A stretch of DNA of 64,000 nucleotides, from the IMG/VR virus record IMGVR_UViG_3300002835_009787; one strand, given 5' to 3'. A program made the translations under genes and the position numbers. Shown here one piece after another: positions 1 through 11,488 of this stretch (position 1 is its first letter; the number at the start of each line of letters is the position of its first letter). Under the pieces are notes generated by a model. The model ran no database searches. It was not told where the DNA came from and saw only the letters and a program-made list of their open reading frames with translations. This DNA is from an uncultured virus (IMG/VR IMGVR_UViG_3300002835_009787). Lineage: Duplodnaviria > Heunggongvirae > Uroviricota > Caudoviricetes.

Positions 1-195
1 ATGTTCGATGGCTTTATGCCAACTATTACTGATATTTCCATATCTAAACTTACAGCTTCTATAACTTCAAATGGGGATTTAGTAAACGTACATTGCGTTA
101 CGATTAAAACGCTTGAAAAAGAACATGTTTTTAGTATTGCCCCTGATAACCTGAGCAAAGTATTCTTTTTGATACTAAAGGTTTTGTCGTCTTAA
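1..195 (+). CDS. hypothetical protein (may extend upstream of the window)
   Basis: 64-aa ORF at the window edge, ending 9 nt before the next gene. Confidence 0.5.
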   Translation: MFDGFMPTITDISISKLTASITSNGDLVNVHCVTIKTLEKEHVFSIAPDNLSKVFFLILKVLSS

Positions 196-204
196 AGGTA
201 TTTT

Positions 205-987
205 ATGGGAATTTTTCTTTACGAGAATTTAGATGTTGGATATGTGCCTCCAACTCCAGCTACACCGATCATCAGTTCCCCCAAGCACGCCAGCTCCAAA
301 GAAAGCACTCTGATTCTTCTTGATCATGTTAAAAAATATGGCCATCCGATTGGTTATATTCAGGAACAAAACGGTCAAATAATACAGAACATAGTTCCAG
401 TCCACAAGACTGAGTATCAGCAGATATCTACTTCATCTAAAACTGAACTAGCTCTTCACACAGAGACTGCATTTCATCCTTACAAGCCAGACTATGTAGT
501 TTTGTTTTGCCTTAGGGGCGATCCTCAGGCAGTAACCACGTACGCTAATTTGTCTGACATACTCAAGCATATTAGGATAGAGACTAAACATATGTTGAAG
601 TCAAAAATGTTTACAACAGGAATAGATCTTAGCTTTAGGACAAATGGGGAAGAAGATCAGCAGATACCTACTTCTATAATTGGAGAAGCTGACGGGATGT
701 TAACCTTTACATACGATGCAACTGTCATGAAGCCGAATGACTATTTGGCTAGATTAGTTCTTGAAGAACTTGAAGATGCAATTAAAAAATGCACAAAAGA
801 GATCGTATTAAAAACAGGTGATCTATTAGTTATAGATAATAGAAAAACAATTCATGGCAGAAAACCTTTTCAGGCAAGATATGATGGGACTGATAGGTGG
901 GTGCAAAGAGTCTTGGTCAGAAAAGAGTTGCCACCTCTTGATCAAAGAGATGGTAGTGTTATTACAACTACTTTTTCCGGCTATTAG
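205..987 (+). CDS. TauD/TfdA family Fe(II)/2-oxoglutarate dioxygenase, clavaminate synthase/AsnO/VioC-like
   Basis: LHTETAF (HxE), LLVIDN...HGR and RYDGTDRWVQRV motifs typical of the CAS-like subfamily. Confidence 0.85.
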   Translation: MGIFLYENLDVGYVPPTPATPIISSPKHASSKESTLILLDHVKKYGHPIGYIQEQNGQIIQNIVPVHKTEYQQISTSSKTELALHTETAFHPYKPDYVVLFCLRGDPQAVTTYANLSDILKHIRIETKHMLKSKMFTTGIDLSFRTNGEEDQQIPTSIIGEADGMLTFTYDATVMKPNDYLARLVLEELEDAIKKCTKEIVLKTGDLLVIDNRKTIHGRKPFQARYDGTDRWVQRVLVRKELPPLDQRDGSVITTTFSGY

Positions 988-1103
988 AAAAAAGTCAAAA
1001 ACCAATTTGGCCTTAAAATTTTTTTCCCAATTTTACCCTATATAGAAAAATTAAAATAAAACATGATACAATTTAATTGTGTCCGATCAACGATGGAGAG
1101 CAA

Positions 1104-1841
1104 ATGAGTGTAGATAAGCGTGCAAAAGAAATATCCGAATTCCTGAAAGTACCAGAAGGATACGCTAAGCAAAGATTAGAAAAAGGGTTTCATTATAATC
1201 ATCATGAAGTAGCAAATGATTTTAACGATGCCAGAACAAATGTCGACAACGCTGATTCTCTTTTAAATTGGTATAGGAACACAGATGCGTATATTTGGGA
1301 ATTGTCAGCTTATCATCTGGATCAAGGTTTTAACTATTCAGGGATGTGCGAAGGTATAGCTCTTGGATTGAGACATTCGGGCAAAAACAAGGTTCTTTCA
1401 TTAGGTGACGGGATAGGCTCTTTAAGTATAAGATTAGCCCAAGAGGGTTTAGAGGCAACTTACCATGATTTGGAAGGTGGCAAAACAGCTAACTTCGCAC
1501 AGTACAGATTTAGCCTTGAAGAAAAGCTTGTTATCAACACATTATTCACAAATACTTTTGAGCCTAAACTAGGCGATAGATTGTTCGATGCAGTTGTTGC
1601 GCTAGATTTTTTTGAACACGTCGTTAATGTTGAAGAATGGGCAAAAGCTGTTTATGACACCCTTAAGAAAGGCGGCGTGTTTATTGCACAAAATGCATTT
1701 GCGATTGGAGATATTGAACACGGAAACTCTATACCCATGCACTTGGCTGTAAATAATAAATATGAAACAGAGTGGTTTCCACTATTGCAAAGCATTGGTT
1801 TTGTTTTGCACGAAAATAAGCAGTGGTGGACAAAGCCGTGA
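1104..1841 (+). CDS. class I SAM-dependent methyltransferase
   Basis: VLSLGDGIG motif I, FDAVVALDFFEHV, LKKGG; ATG start (MSVDK) follows GGAG. Confidence 0.8.
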   Translation: MSVDKRAKEISEFLKVPEGYAKQRLEKGFHYNHHEVANDFNDARTNVDNADSLLNWYRNTDAYIWELSAYHLDQGFNYSGMCEGIALGLRHSGKNKVLSLGDGIGSLSIRLAQEGLEATYHDLEGGKTANFAQYRFSLEEKLVINTLFTNTFEPKLGDRLFDAVVALDFFEHVVNVEEWAKAVYDTLKKGGVFIAQNAFAIGDIEHGNSIPMHLAVNNKYETEWFPLLQSIGFVLHENKQWWTKP

Positions 1842-2698
1842 GAATTGATTTTGGAGTATCTAGCTATAATAATCCGGACAAATTAGATAGGTCTATAACT
1901 GCTTTTAGGCAGAACACTCATTGTGATTGGAGACTCTTAGTGTTAGAGAACGCCTCAGAAGATCCAGAAACAATAAAGGTCGCCCAAAAACACGCTGCGG
2001 AAGATCCAAGAGTTGTTATTAAACAATTAACTAAAAACGTAAGATATACTGGTGCTGTTAATCATATTCTTGAGTGGGCAGAAACTAATAACGTAGGCTA
2101 TATAGATAATGACGCCTATATTATGACTCCAGGATGGGATCTAAAATTAGCCTCCTATCTTGAAGGTAACCACGAAGTTGCAATGGCGTTTCCGAATGGA
2201 GGGGCGTATCCTATGCAACGTCCAAGATATTTAGAAATATTATGGGGTGTTGGTTTTTGTTGGATTTTAAATCGTCAAAGATATAAAGAGATTGGTGGAT
2301 TTGATACAGAAATTGGTCATCAAGAAGAAGTTGATTTTCAGACAAGAATAAGATTAGGTGGCTGGAGAATAGTAGCTGACCCAACAGTTTTAGTTGCTCA
2401 TGATGCAACAAGTACGCGTAATCCTGAAGCACAAGAAAGAATTAATCAAGGTGTGATTAATTGGGTTAATAAATGGAATAAGTATTATGTTGGGCCCCAT
2501 GTCACCTACCATAGTCCAAATGTAACTAGATTTGAAGACTGGAATGCGATATACTTGGAAGAATGGTATCAGCAACAACCAGAGCTTAGAGGGATAAATG
2601 ATAACCCTGAGACAGTCTATGTATCAGCTTTGGGTAGAGAAGTAGATTTAATAAAAGTTCCACGTTGGCAACACTTATATAGAGGAAGAATAATTTAA
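1823..2698 (+). CDS. glycosyltransferase family 2
   Basis: SYNN, ENASED, YIDND (DxD), IGGFD...QEEVDF..R motifs. Confidence 0.85.
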   Translation: MVDKAVRIDFGVSSYNNPDKLDRSITAFRQNTHCDWRLLVLENASEDPETIKVAQKHAAEDPRVVIKQLTKNVRYTGAVNHILEWAETNNVGYIDNDAYIMTPGWDLKLASYLEGNHEVAMAFPNGGAYPMQRPRYLEILWGVGFCWILNRQRYKEIGGFDTEIGHQEEVDFQTRIRLGGWRIVADPTVLVAHDATSTRNPEAQERINQGVINWVNKWNKYYVGPHVTYHSPNVTRFEDWNAIYLEEWYQQQPELRGINDNPETVYVSALGREVDLIKVPRWQHLYRGRII

Positions 2699-3238
2699 AT
2701 GAGACTAGAGACAATACCTAAGGGTGCGGGCACAAAAGTTGTAATTGGCACTAGAACATATCTTGGTCCAGACTGGATTCATATTGATATAGATCCAACG
2801 CCGTTGTACGATCACGCTAACAAAACCTATGTTCCAGTCGATGTAGTCTGCGATGCTCGCAAGATTAATCTTCCAGACAATTTTGCAGACATAGTTTATA
2901 ACTCAGAGTGTCTTGAACACTTTCCGTGGAAAGAATATCAAGCTGTTCTGGCCGAATGGTGCAGAATAGTTAAGCCTGGTGGGATGATTAGAATTGAAGT
3001 TCCAGACTTCTTGTTGGCCTGCAATCAGATACTTGAAATGGACTCCCTTGATGGCGATAGAAGAATGCAACAGATCTTTTTTGCTGAACAACTGAATCCT
3101 TTTGATTTTCATTTTGTGGGCTTAACTCATAGAATGCTCCAAGATGATTTTGAGAGAATGGGTTTTGAAATATTAGATGTTAAACGTGGAGATGAATGGG
3201 GTTGGCTTAAGGTGGACGCAGTTAAGCCTGTCAAGTAA
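2699..3238 (+). CDS. SAM-dependent methyltransferase (Methyltransf_11-like)
   Basis: WIHIDID, CDARKINLPD, CLEHF, EWCRIVKPGG..RIEVPD. Confidence 0.8.
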   Translation: MRLETIPKGAGTKVVIGTRTYLGPDWIHIDIDPTPLYDHANKTYVPVDVVCDARKINLPDNFADIVYNSECLEHFPWKEYQAVLAEWCRIVKPGGMIRIEVPDFLLACNQILEMDSLDGDRRMQQIFFAEQLNPFDFHFVGLTHRMLQDDFERMGFEILDVKRGDEWGWLKVDAVKPVK

Positions 3239-3700
3239 ATGAACTGGAATCATGTAGCACATATAATAAGAGACATTTTTAAAAATAACTCTTTTACTGT
3301 TTGCTATCAAGAAGGCTTGGATTTGTCCGAGACTCTCTACACCGCAGAACACGGCATTGGTGCTATGAGACTGTGGAGTGCACTTGAGGCTGCATTGGAA
3401 AATAGCGAGAATAATTACTATTGGCCAGCTGGTTTAAATCCGATGTTATTTTCTGATGATTGTGTTGATTTATTTATTTCAATTAATTATGACCCAGAAA
3501 TATTTAACAACAATTATGATCAAGTAGCTCAAGAAATTAAAAGAGTTTTAAAGCCAGGTGGTTTTATTTTGGCGGTAAACCCGGGTAAGTGGGCATCTAA
3601 TCTTGAGTCTGAATTTATCGCAGATTCGCAGATCGAAAAAGAAATAAAAAGATATTCACTATTTACTGATAAAGATGTTTACGTATATGAAAATATTTGA
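3239..3700 (+). CDS. divergent methyltransferase-fold protein
   Basis: FSDDCVDL and EIKRVLKPGG; SAM-binding motif I not evident. Confidence 0.55.
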   Translation: MNWNHVAHIIRDIFKNNSFTVCYQEGLDLSETLYTAEHGIGAMRLWSALEAALENSENNYYWPAGLNPMLFSDDCVDLFISINYDPEIFNNNYDQVAQEIKRVLKPGGFILAVNPGKWASNLESEFIADSQIEKEIKRYSLFTDKDVYVYENI

Positions 3701-4439
3701 TTGCTTTACCTTCTTTAACGAAGAAGAGATGCTGCGCGTAAGATTTGAAGAGCTTGGTGATATTGTTGATCACTTTGTTATAGTTGAAGCATCCGAAACA
3801 TTTACTGGAAAAGAAAAACCATTTTATCTTGACCAATTGCCTGATTGGGCTAAAAAATGGGAAGATAAAATAATTAGAATTAAAATACATTTCAATTCTC
3901 CAGATCTTTCTACCGTTCAGTCACCTTGGGAAAGAGAGCATTACCAACGCAACGCTATTCGCTTTGGCCTAGATAAAGCGGAAGCAGATGACATTGTAAT
4001 CATTTCTGACGCGGATGAAATAATTAGCTCAAATATTATTAATCAATTAAAGTTAGTTGAAACCCCGGCTAGATTAGATGTTAAACAATATTTTTGGAAT
4101 TATAACTGGCAAGTTCCGGAACACTGCAATCAGGGGGCCAGACCAATTGCTGCTAGATTTAAAGATTTAGAGGCTCAATCTTGCCAAGAGTTGAGAGCTG
4201 GAACCTGGTATACGATACCTGACGCTGGCTGGCATTTTTCTTTTTTCACAGACATTGAAAACATAAAAAATAAGATAGAATCTTTTGCTCATACTGAATA
4301 CAATTTAGAAGAATTTAAAGATGATAAAGAGATACTTCGTAGAATAAGTGAGGGTATGGATCCATTTGATAGGTTCCCGCTAAAATACTATGAGGTAGAC
4401 GATACGTATCCTGATTGGGTTCGTAAGAATTTTAGATAG
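3687..4439 (+). CDS. glycosyltransferase family 17 (MGAT3-like N-acetylglucosaminyltransferase)
   Basis: IFDCFTFFNE, VDHFVIVEA..TFTG..KP, WEREHYQRN, ISDADEI, GWHFSF, KIESFAHTE. Confidence 0.85.
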   Translation: MKIFDCFTFFNEEEMLRVRFEELGDIVDHFVIVEASETFTGKEKPFYLDQLPDWAKKWEDKIIRIKIHFNSPDLSTVQSPWEREHYQRNAIRFGLDKAEADDIVIISDADEIISSNIINQLKLVETPARLDVKQYFWNYNWQVPEHCNQGARPIAARFKDLEAQSCQELRAGTWYTIPDAGWHFSFFTDIENIKNKIESFAHTEYNLEEFKDDKEILRRISEGMDPFDRFPLKYYEVDDTYPDWVRKNFR

Positions 4440-4499
4440 CATAAGCTTCTCTTAGTTACTATTAGTATATCTAAACTATTAAATTAAGGTTTATTTTCT

Positions 4500-7400
4500 A
4501 TGGGCGTAACAAAGGTCAATATAGCTAGTCTGCCAAAGAACGCTCTTGAGTATAATCTGCCTGGTGGATCTGCCAGGCTTCCAGATAATTTTATCAACTT
4601 ACCTATACCTTCAACGACTGAATCAGGGTCATATGCCGCATGGGTTGCGGCTCGGAAAACCAAGGGTTTTATATTTTGGTGAATTATTAAAATATCTTTA
4701 TACTTCTGGCACAAAAAGTTATGGAGCTTTTAATGGGGCTCTGCCAGAAAAATATTTTTATAAGCCATCTATTAAGCTCCCTTTCACTCCGGCGTGGACG
4801 CTGCAAGACATGGCTGCCGCTGCAAAAAAACAGGGCATAACAATACAATATACAACTATATATAAAACTTTAGCTCTTCAAGAGCAAGAGTTTAAAACAA
4901 AAAATAGCAAGACCCCAACTAATGTATCTAGAGCTTCTAGTATTCCAGAGGTAAAAAACGGAAGGACCTATGCAGGTGTGAAGTGGTATCCAACAACCAT
5001 AACATCGTATAACCCGATGCCTGGATTTAGTATTTTTGGAACTGGTCTTTGTATTAGGATAACAAATAATAATGATAAAGTAATTAATTTTATTAAAACA
5101 AATGGCGCGAGCTATGGCTGGAGCTGGTGTAGTGACGTGCCTACAACTGATCCAGATTTTCAAAATATATTAGTTTATTATGCCGCAGGTAGCAAGCCTA
5201 GCAAATACAGAGATAGATCTATGCAGGAGATAGATGGCTTTAAGCCTACTCCAACGCCAAAAGGTGCTCCTGGTCCAGGGCAAAAACAAGTATGGGTTCC
5301 AGATAGAGTAGATAAAGGCGGCGGCAATGCAATAACTGGCATTGATCCAGTGACTGGTAAAACAGCTGAAACTCCCACAATAATTAGTGGTAAAACTGGA
5401 GATACAGGCCGTTGGGCGATTGTGCCAGATTCAACAACAAAAACGACTACTGTTACACCCGTTAAACCAATTGGGTCTTCTCCTTGGGATAATAATATTA
5501 TTCCTACAATTAATGGTCCAACGGTATTGGTAGTTAACACCACCACTCTTTCTGGCTATGCAGCGAGTATTGCCAATACTTTAAGCTATATTGGAATAAA
5601 GGGTCCAGCAGTCGTTACAAAAAAAACAATTGCTAAAGAAGATAGCGTTGGAGAACAACCAACAGCTAGTAACGTAATCAGACTTTTTAATTACATATGG
5701 GGTTTAAGAAAAGAAATTTTAAACAAAAATAAAAACGTATTATACTCAGAAAACTTAAAAAATTCTATAGTTTCTCACGAGAGTACTCCAGGAAATACGG
5801 CAGTAGAAAAAATACAAAACGTTAGTGCAGTGAACTACACGGAAATAGTCTCGTATACAACTTCCAATGGGAATGTATCAGACAATCCTTTGGGCATAGA
5901 CAAATATGAACCAGGTAATGCACCGTATAATTCTACAATATACTATTTACCTGAATATAAAAATTATGTAGAAAAAAATTTTGTTTTATTGTTGGATAAG
6001 CTTAACGGAAGAATATTAAATACATCTACCTTAACCGTGCATCAAAAAGATTCATTATATAAATACAATTTAAAACAAGCACCTGCTGCTTTAGCAGATG
6101 TAATGCAAAACGGAAAAGTTGTAATTTTAAATGACCTAGATTATGTGTATAACAAACTTTTGACTAGAGAGTTTACATTTAATAATTCTTATTATTCAAT
6201 TAAGCCAGGCTCTACTTTCCCTTTTAATGCGGCATTGAGTGGAACTAAAAATATTGTTGACGCATTTAAAAAAGTTGAGAAATGGCCTTCAGGAATGCCA
6301 ACTCCAGATAACAAGCCAACAAATCATTGGGCTCGTGTTACTAGGCTGGATAACAAAGTTTATCCAGTAAAACTTTCAGTTACAACCATTTCGCCATTTA
6401 ATATAATGTTTATTCTTGGAACAGAAAGTATTTTGCAAAAAGAAGAAATCAATCAAGTTATTAGGGGGTTGCCTGCTTTTAGCGTTCCATCTTGGTTCCC
6501 ACTTATCGGCAATGAGATTGGAGATATTGGTGGGTATTTACAGTCTAACGTTATCAAGGAAAGACAAAAAATAGATGAAATATTAAGAAATCCAAATATT
6601 AGAAAAGATATCCCAGTAACAACAACTGTACCTTCTGCGCCAACAACCACTATCCCGGCAAAACCCACAACTAGCACAACAATGCCTAAGGCAACTACAA
6701 CAACAACTGTACCCAAGAAGTCAACGACAACAACTGTCGCGCCAAAGTCTACTACTACAACTGTTGCTCCTAAAATAGTTTATCCAGATCAAAGAGATGG
6801 TCTGTCCCCAACAACAACAATCACCCCATCAAATGTAACAACGATAACCAATAAGGTACCAATTATAATTGGTGACAGTATTGCAGTAGGATTATCTGAT
6901 AGATATGATTCTTTGAATCCAGGAGTGGAAACTTCACAAGTTGTGCCAAACGTTTTTCTTAACGACCCTTCTGCTTGTCAGAATGAAACTTATTTTCCTA
7001 AGTCGAGTGGTTTATACAGCCAGTTTTGCGTTTGGGATGGGTATCATCATAAAGTCGGGGATAACATGTACGAAGTCTCAAGGAGAATAAATAACGTTCT
7101 TAAATACATAGATCAGAAAGATAAGCAGTTAAACAACAGGATATTATGGCTATCTACTGGTGCATCAAATAACATAAAAAAAGCCAGCGATGTAGCTAGT
7201 GCTTTAAATCAAGCAAAAACACAGTTTGATCAAATAAAAGTTTTTACAGATAGAAAACTAGTTGCTTTAGTTTATGTTATGGGAATATCTAAACAATTGA
7301 ACGATAAGTATCCCGGAACATATTTTAATCTCAAGCTAGAGATGCTTTGTAAAAAATATGGATTTATATTTGTTGGAGATTTTAACGCTCCTGGCGATGG

Positions 7401-9429
7401 AATACATCCGCCTAATTATATTAGCATTGTAGACGGTTTGATAAACGGCATCCCGACTGCTCCTATTAACGTGCCACCTAGTTCTTCAACGACTCCAACT
7501 ACAATACAAATTGGGACGACTACTACTTCGTTGCCATCGTCTCCGACAACTGTAACAACATATATCCCAGCTGCACCGGGCGCAAGACCTGGAGCTGGAG
7601 CAGCTGGTATTGGTGCTCCAAGGCCGCCGCAGAGTCCAACTACCAGCACTACGACTACGCCTCAATCGACGACAACTGTTACCACTAACCCTAACGGCTC
7701 TACAACTACTACGACTACTGTTTTCCCGCCAAAAATACCGATGTTACCACCATATATACCTAGCACTTCTACGACAGTTGCTCCAGATGGCGAATCAACT
7801 ACGACTACAATTGTTGCGAATGGGGTTACAACTACAACAGTGGTTACGCCATCCACTACTACGCCGCCAGCAAACGGGTCACCGTCTAGTACGGTTGTTA
7901 CAACGGTGCCGGTCACAACAGTCCCTATGCCTAAGATAACCATCCCAGATCAAAGAGATGGAGTTGCACCTCCCGCAACAACTGTCCCCTTGAGACCAAT
8001 AGTTCCTGAACCAAAATTTTTATCATATTCGGTGACTTCAATAACTCCTGAAAATGATAATCAAAAAGTTAACATAGATGTTAAGTTAACATTAAATTTT
8101 GATTTGTCTATGGTAAGAAATAGCGGGTCTATTTTCTTCTACAAAAAAAATACTACTAAAGCTTTAGCTAAAATAGATATATTTAGTTCTGAAGTTTCTT
8201 TCTTGGACTATAACAGTATAACTATTACGCCTAAAAATGTTTTGCCTTATAACACAGATATAAGTGTTTTTATTGGGGCTCATGTTCTTAAGTCTTCTGC
8301 CGGCAAATCTTGGTCTGGTAACGCAGGTAAGTGGGATAGCATAACGTTCACAACTATACCTGATCCAAATACGCCAGTAGCTCCAGTGGCTCCAGCACCT
8401 TCTCCAACGCCGGCTCCAAAACCTAAGCCGACAAAACCTAAACCAGTAAACCCAAATCCAACTCCAGGAGTCACGCCGCCAAAGCCAGCTCCAGTAATCC
8501 CTGGAAGCCCAGAGGTAACTCCACCAAATGAAACAGTTCAACCACCTACTGATAGCGTAATAGTTATCAATGATCCAGTGAAGAACGAAACAACGCTTCA
8601 ATCTAACGACGGTCTATGGGCACGCGGTGCTGAGTTCGCTGAGACAAAGTTTAAATCATTAAAACAAGATTTAATTATATCTCAAATAGCTTCACACACT
8701 TCTTGGATTTTAGAATTTAATATATTAGATAATGCGGGAGTGGTAAAGAATATCGGAAAAATAGGTTTAGAGAGGGACGCACCTAAGTGCACTGGAGAAA
8801 CAGAGTCTTTGGCGGTATGTTTCTTTTCTATGTATGGTGGAATGAAATCTATTCCTGAGTTAGCAGTCGATAGATACAGGCAAGCACCGTGTGAGAATAG
8901 GGTGACGGATCATGGTCCTGGTTTATCTTTGAGGAACAAATTAATTTGGAGGAATGGTGACTCTTTTGAATTCAGAGTTTCTTTGTCGGAATCGCAAACA
9001 CAAGAATATAATGTTACATACAAGTGTTTGTCTACGGCGAGACCTGTGGCACCAGGATTTTCTGAAACAATATATGAAACTGATACAGATAAAATATATA
9101 TGTGGAATGGTTTAGAGTGGTTCCAAATAGCTTCTGCAACCCTAAACATTGCTCAGGCTGCAATCTTCGATAATCCAAATACATTTATTATAAATGGCAA
9201 CTGGTGGTATGGAATGGTTTGGAATAAAACTTTAAGAAGGACATATCCTTTAGGTAAAATTTTTGTTCCGTCAGACTATCTAAATATTGATGCTACAAGA
9301 AATTATGTTAGATACTCTGGCCCTGAATCAGAAAAAACAAATGTTAAAGAAAGAAAAGCTTCAGCTAAATTTATAACACCGATAGGCTTTAGTTTGGATG
9401 GTGCAAGGGGAGTGTATAAATCACAATGA
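4500..9429 (+). CDS. giant multidomain cell-envelope-acting/virion protein (degenerate M15-like domain, LytR_C-like, SGNH esterase, Ig-like, tail-fibre-type motif), with an apparent +1 frameshift near 4665-4680
   Basis: ATG ORF 4500-4682 runs into the long ORF 4546-9429; motifs GDSIAVG...DGIHP, TVLVVN.T..SG.A, Big_5-like ITP...ITFTT, RP..P....IYETDT.KIY.WNG..W; Pro/Thr linkers. Confidence 0.7.
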
Positions 9430-11442
9430 GTTTAAAAACAAAAGATGATTGGCCTATAAGACAACTAAGTAGAGACCCATTTGAAACATGGACTCATTAC
9501 GATAAGAGTTCTGGCCTATACATACCTAATGAAAATGGAGTAGCTTCCCACTTTAGCCCAACCCTTCAAAGCTTTGGTCTTGGAGAAAGTTTTAAACTGT
9601 CTCGGAACAGCTGCAACATCTTTCAAAATAATGGCAGACGACCTGTATGCCGCAACAAAATATAAACTAAGAGTCACTTCAGCTTTTAGAGATTTAAATA
9701 ACGCAGTAAAAAACTTTAAACAAAAGTATTCACCAACTGCATGGTCTAGAAAATACGATAGAAGATACCCAGCGTATTTTGCTGATAAACCTGAATGGAG
9801 GCGTAACGGAAAACTATTTATTAACAACCATGAGTTCCCGACAGTGGCGGCTAACCCTGTACTTGAAGATGGTGTCAGCCGATATTCTTCTGCATATGGT
9901 GGGAGTTTTGTTGGTAATGATTACATAAAGTATTGGTGGCCAAATTCTTTGTACCCTAATGATAGTGGAAAATGGTGGTATAAAAAACAGAATTATTCTA
10001 AAGTTGGAGACCCACCTGGTGCAACCCCTGGGATGTCAAACCATGGCTGGGGTATATCTGTAGATTTGCATCAAGATATTTTTAGTAACAAAAAAGCTAT
10101 TGATTGGATGGCCAATAACATGTTGCAGTATGGTTGGTCAAGAGAGAGCCTGCCTGATGATCAATGGCATATAACATATTACATAGTAGCTCTTGCTACC
10201 CCCTTGGTTATAAGTAAAATGGAAGATCTCAAAAAAGCTTCAACTATTAAACAAGTTTTAAATAAAGTTAATCCAAACATAGTTAGCGCAACAAAAAAAG
10301 TAAGTTCAACGCCAGCCTTAACTAATCTTTCGGTAAAACCAAATATTATCAATGAAAGTATCAATTCTAATATAGATTTTGATGCTCCTGCACGCAAAAG
10401 TTCAACACCATTTCAAACAGGAGGTGGTGCTTTTGGCAGACAAGCAACAGTAACTAGCGGTAAATTCACAGTGCTTCCTAGCCTGAAAAATTTAGATGGT
10501 CTTTCCCCTAAAATATTTAAAGTAGCTAAACCATATAATGGTTCATCTGATCCAGGTGATTTTTTAACTTACGATGAATTTTTTGAAATGATGATTCATC
10601 CATTAGTCGGAAACTTTTCTTTTGGTTTGGCGGCTGTCTTTACGGCCTTAGCTTCTAGAGAAGGAAACTTAGGTGAAAATAAAATAGGTATAGGTGTGGC
10701 AAATGGTTCTGAGCATTTAGGTTTTTTGCAAATAAGATGTAAACCAGAAGACACCAATAGTTTTGACCCAAAAAATGGGTGGCTTGGTACGTCGATGCTT
10801 TGGTCAGTTCCGTACACTGTGACTGGAGAAGCAGACCTTACAAAAAATAATAAAAAGTATGCATGGGAAGCTTTTATAAAAGATGAAAATATTATAAAAG
10901 ACATTAAAGGCAAAGCATCTAGTCCTTCAAAAGCTTCTCAAGCTTCGGCTCTATCATTGATTAATATCAACACGCCGGCTTTTAGCGGCAATTATGATGT
11001 GGCAGATAGAAAAAATGCGGCATCATATTTAGCTGATTGGGCTAGGATACCCGCTAACCAAGTATGGATGATGAAATCTAAATTTAGTTTGCCTTCTAAT
11101 TATTTAGAAAAACAACTTACAAACATTCAACTTCCGTATATACCTCAAGTGTCGATTATGAAAAAAATAGATAAACCTTGGAATGTTAGGGGCGTAGGAT
11201 TTTTGTTTAACCCATGGAATATTAGTGGAGAAAATACTTGGAAACAAGGGGCAGATGTTAATATAGCTTTTAATGTGTTGGTTAATTGGTTCAAAAAGTA
11301 TGGTGTTTTTTCAGAAAGCGGAAGCAAACCATCACAGGCACAAGCTGAAACTAGAGCGCTAAAAGAACTTAGTGATTTAACTTCTTATATGGAAACAGGA
11401 AAGAAAAATTCTTTTAATTCTTGGCTTCTTGGTATAGATTAA
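9426..11442 (+). CDS. M15 zinc peptidase plus lysozyme-like domain (endolysin or virion lysin), with an apparent +1 frameshift near 9588-9601
   Basis: SAFR, PGMSNHGWGISVDL, WHITY (H/D/H ligands); C-terminal REG...GFLQI...PAN...PW; ATG at 9426 overlaps the upstream TGA. Confidence 0.75.
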
Positions 11443-11488
11443 TCAAAATATTTATTATCCAGTCATTACTATTATTTGCGGAGGGCAA

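Noticed and set aside
4680..4733. TGA read-through or alternative genetic code explaining the split gene
   Set aside because: Read-through hits TAA 16 codons later; all three stops end genes normally elsewhere and no suppressor tRNA is present.
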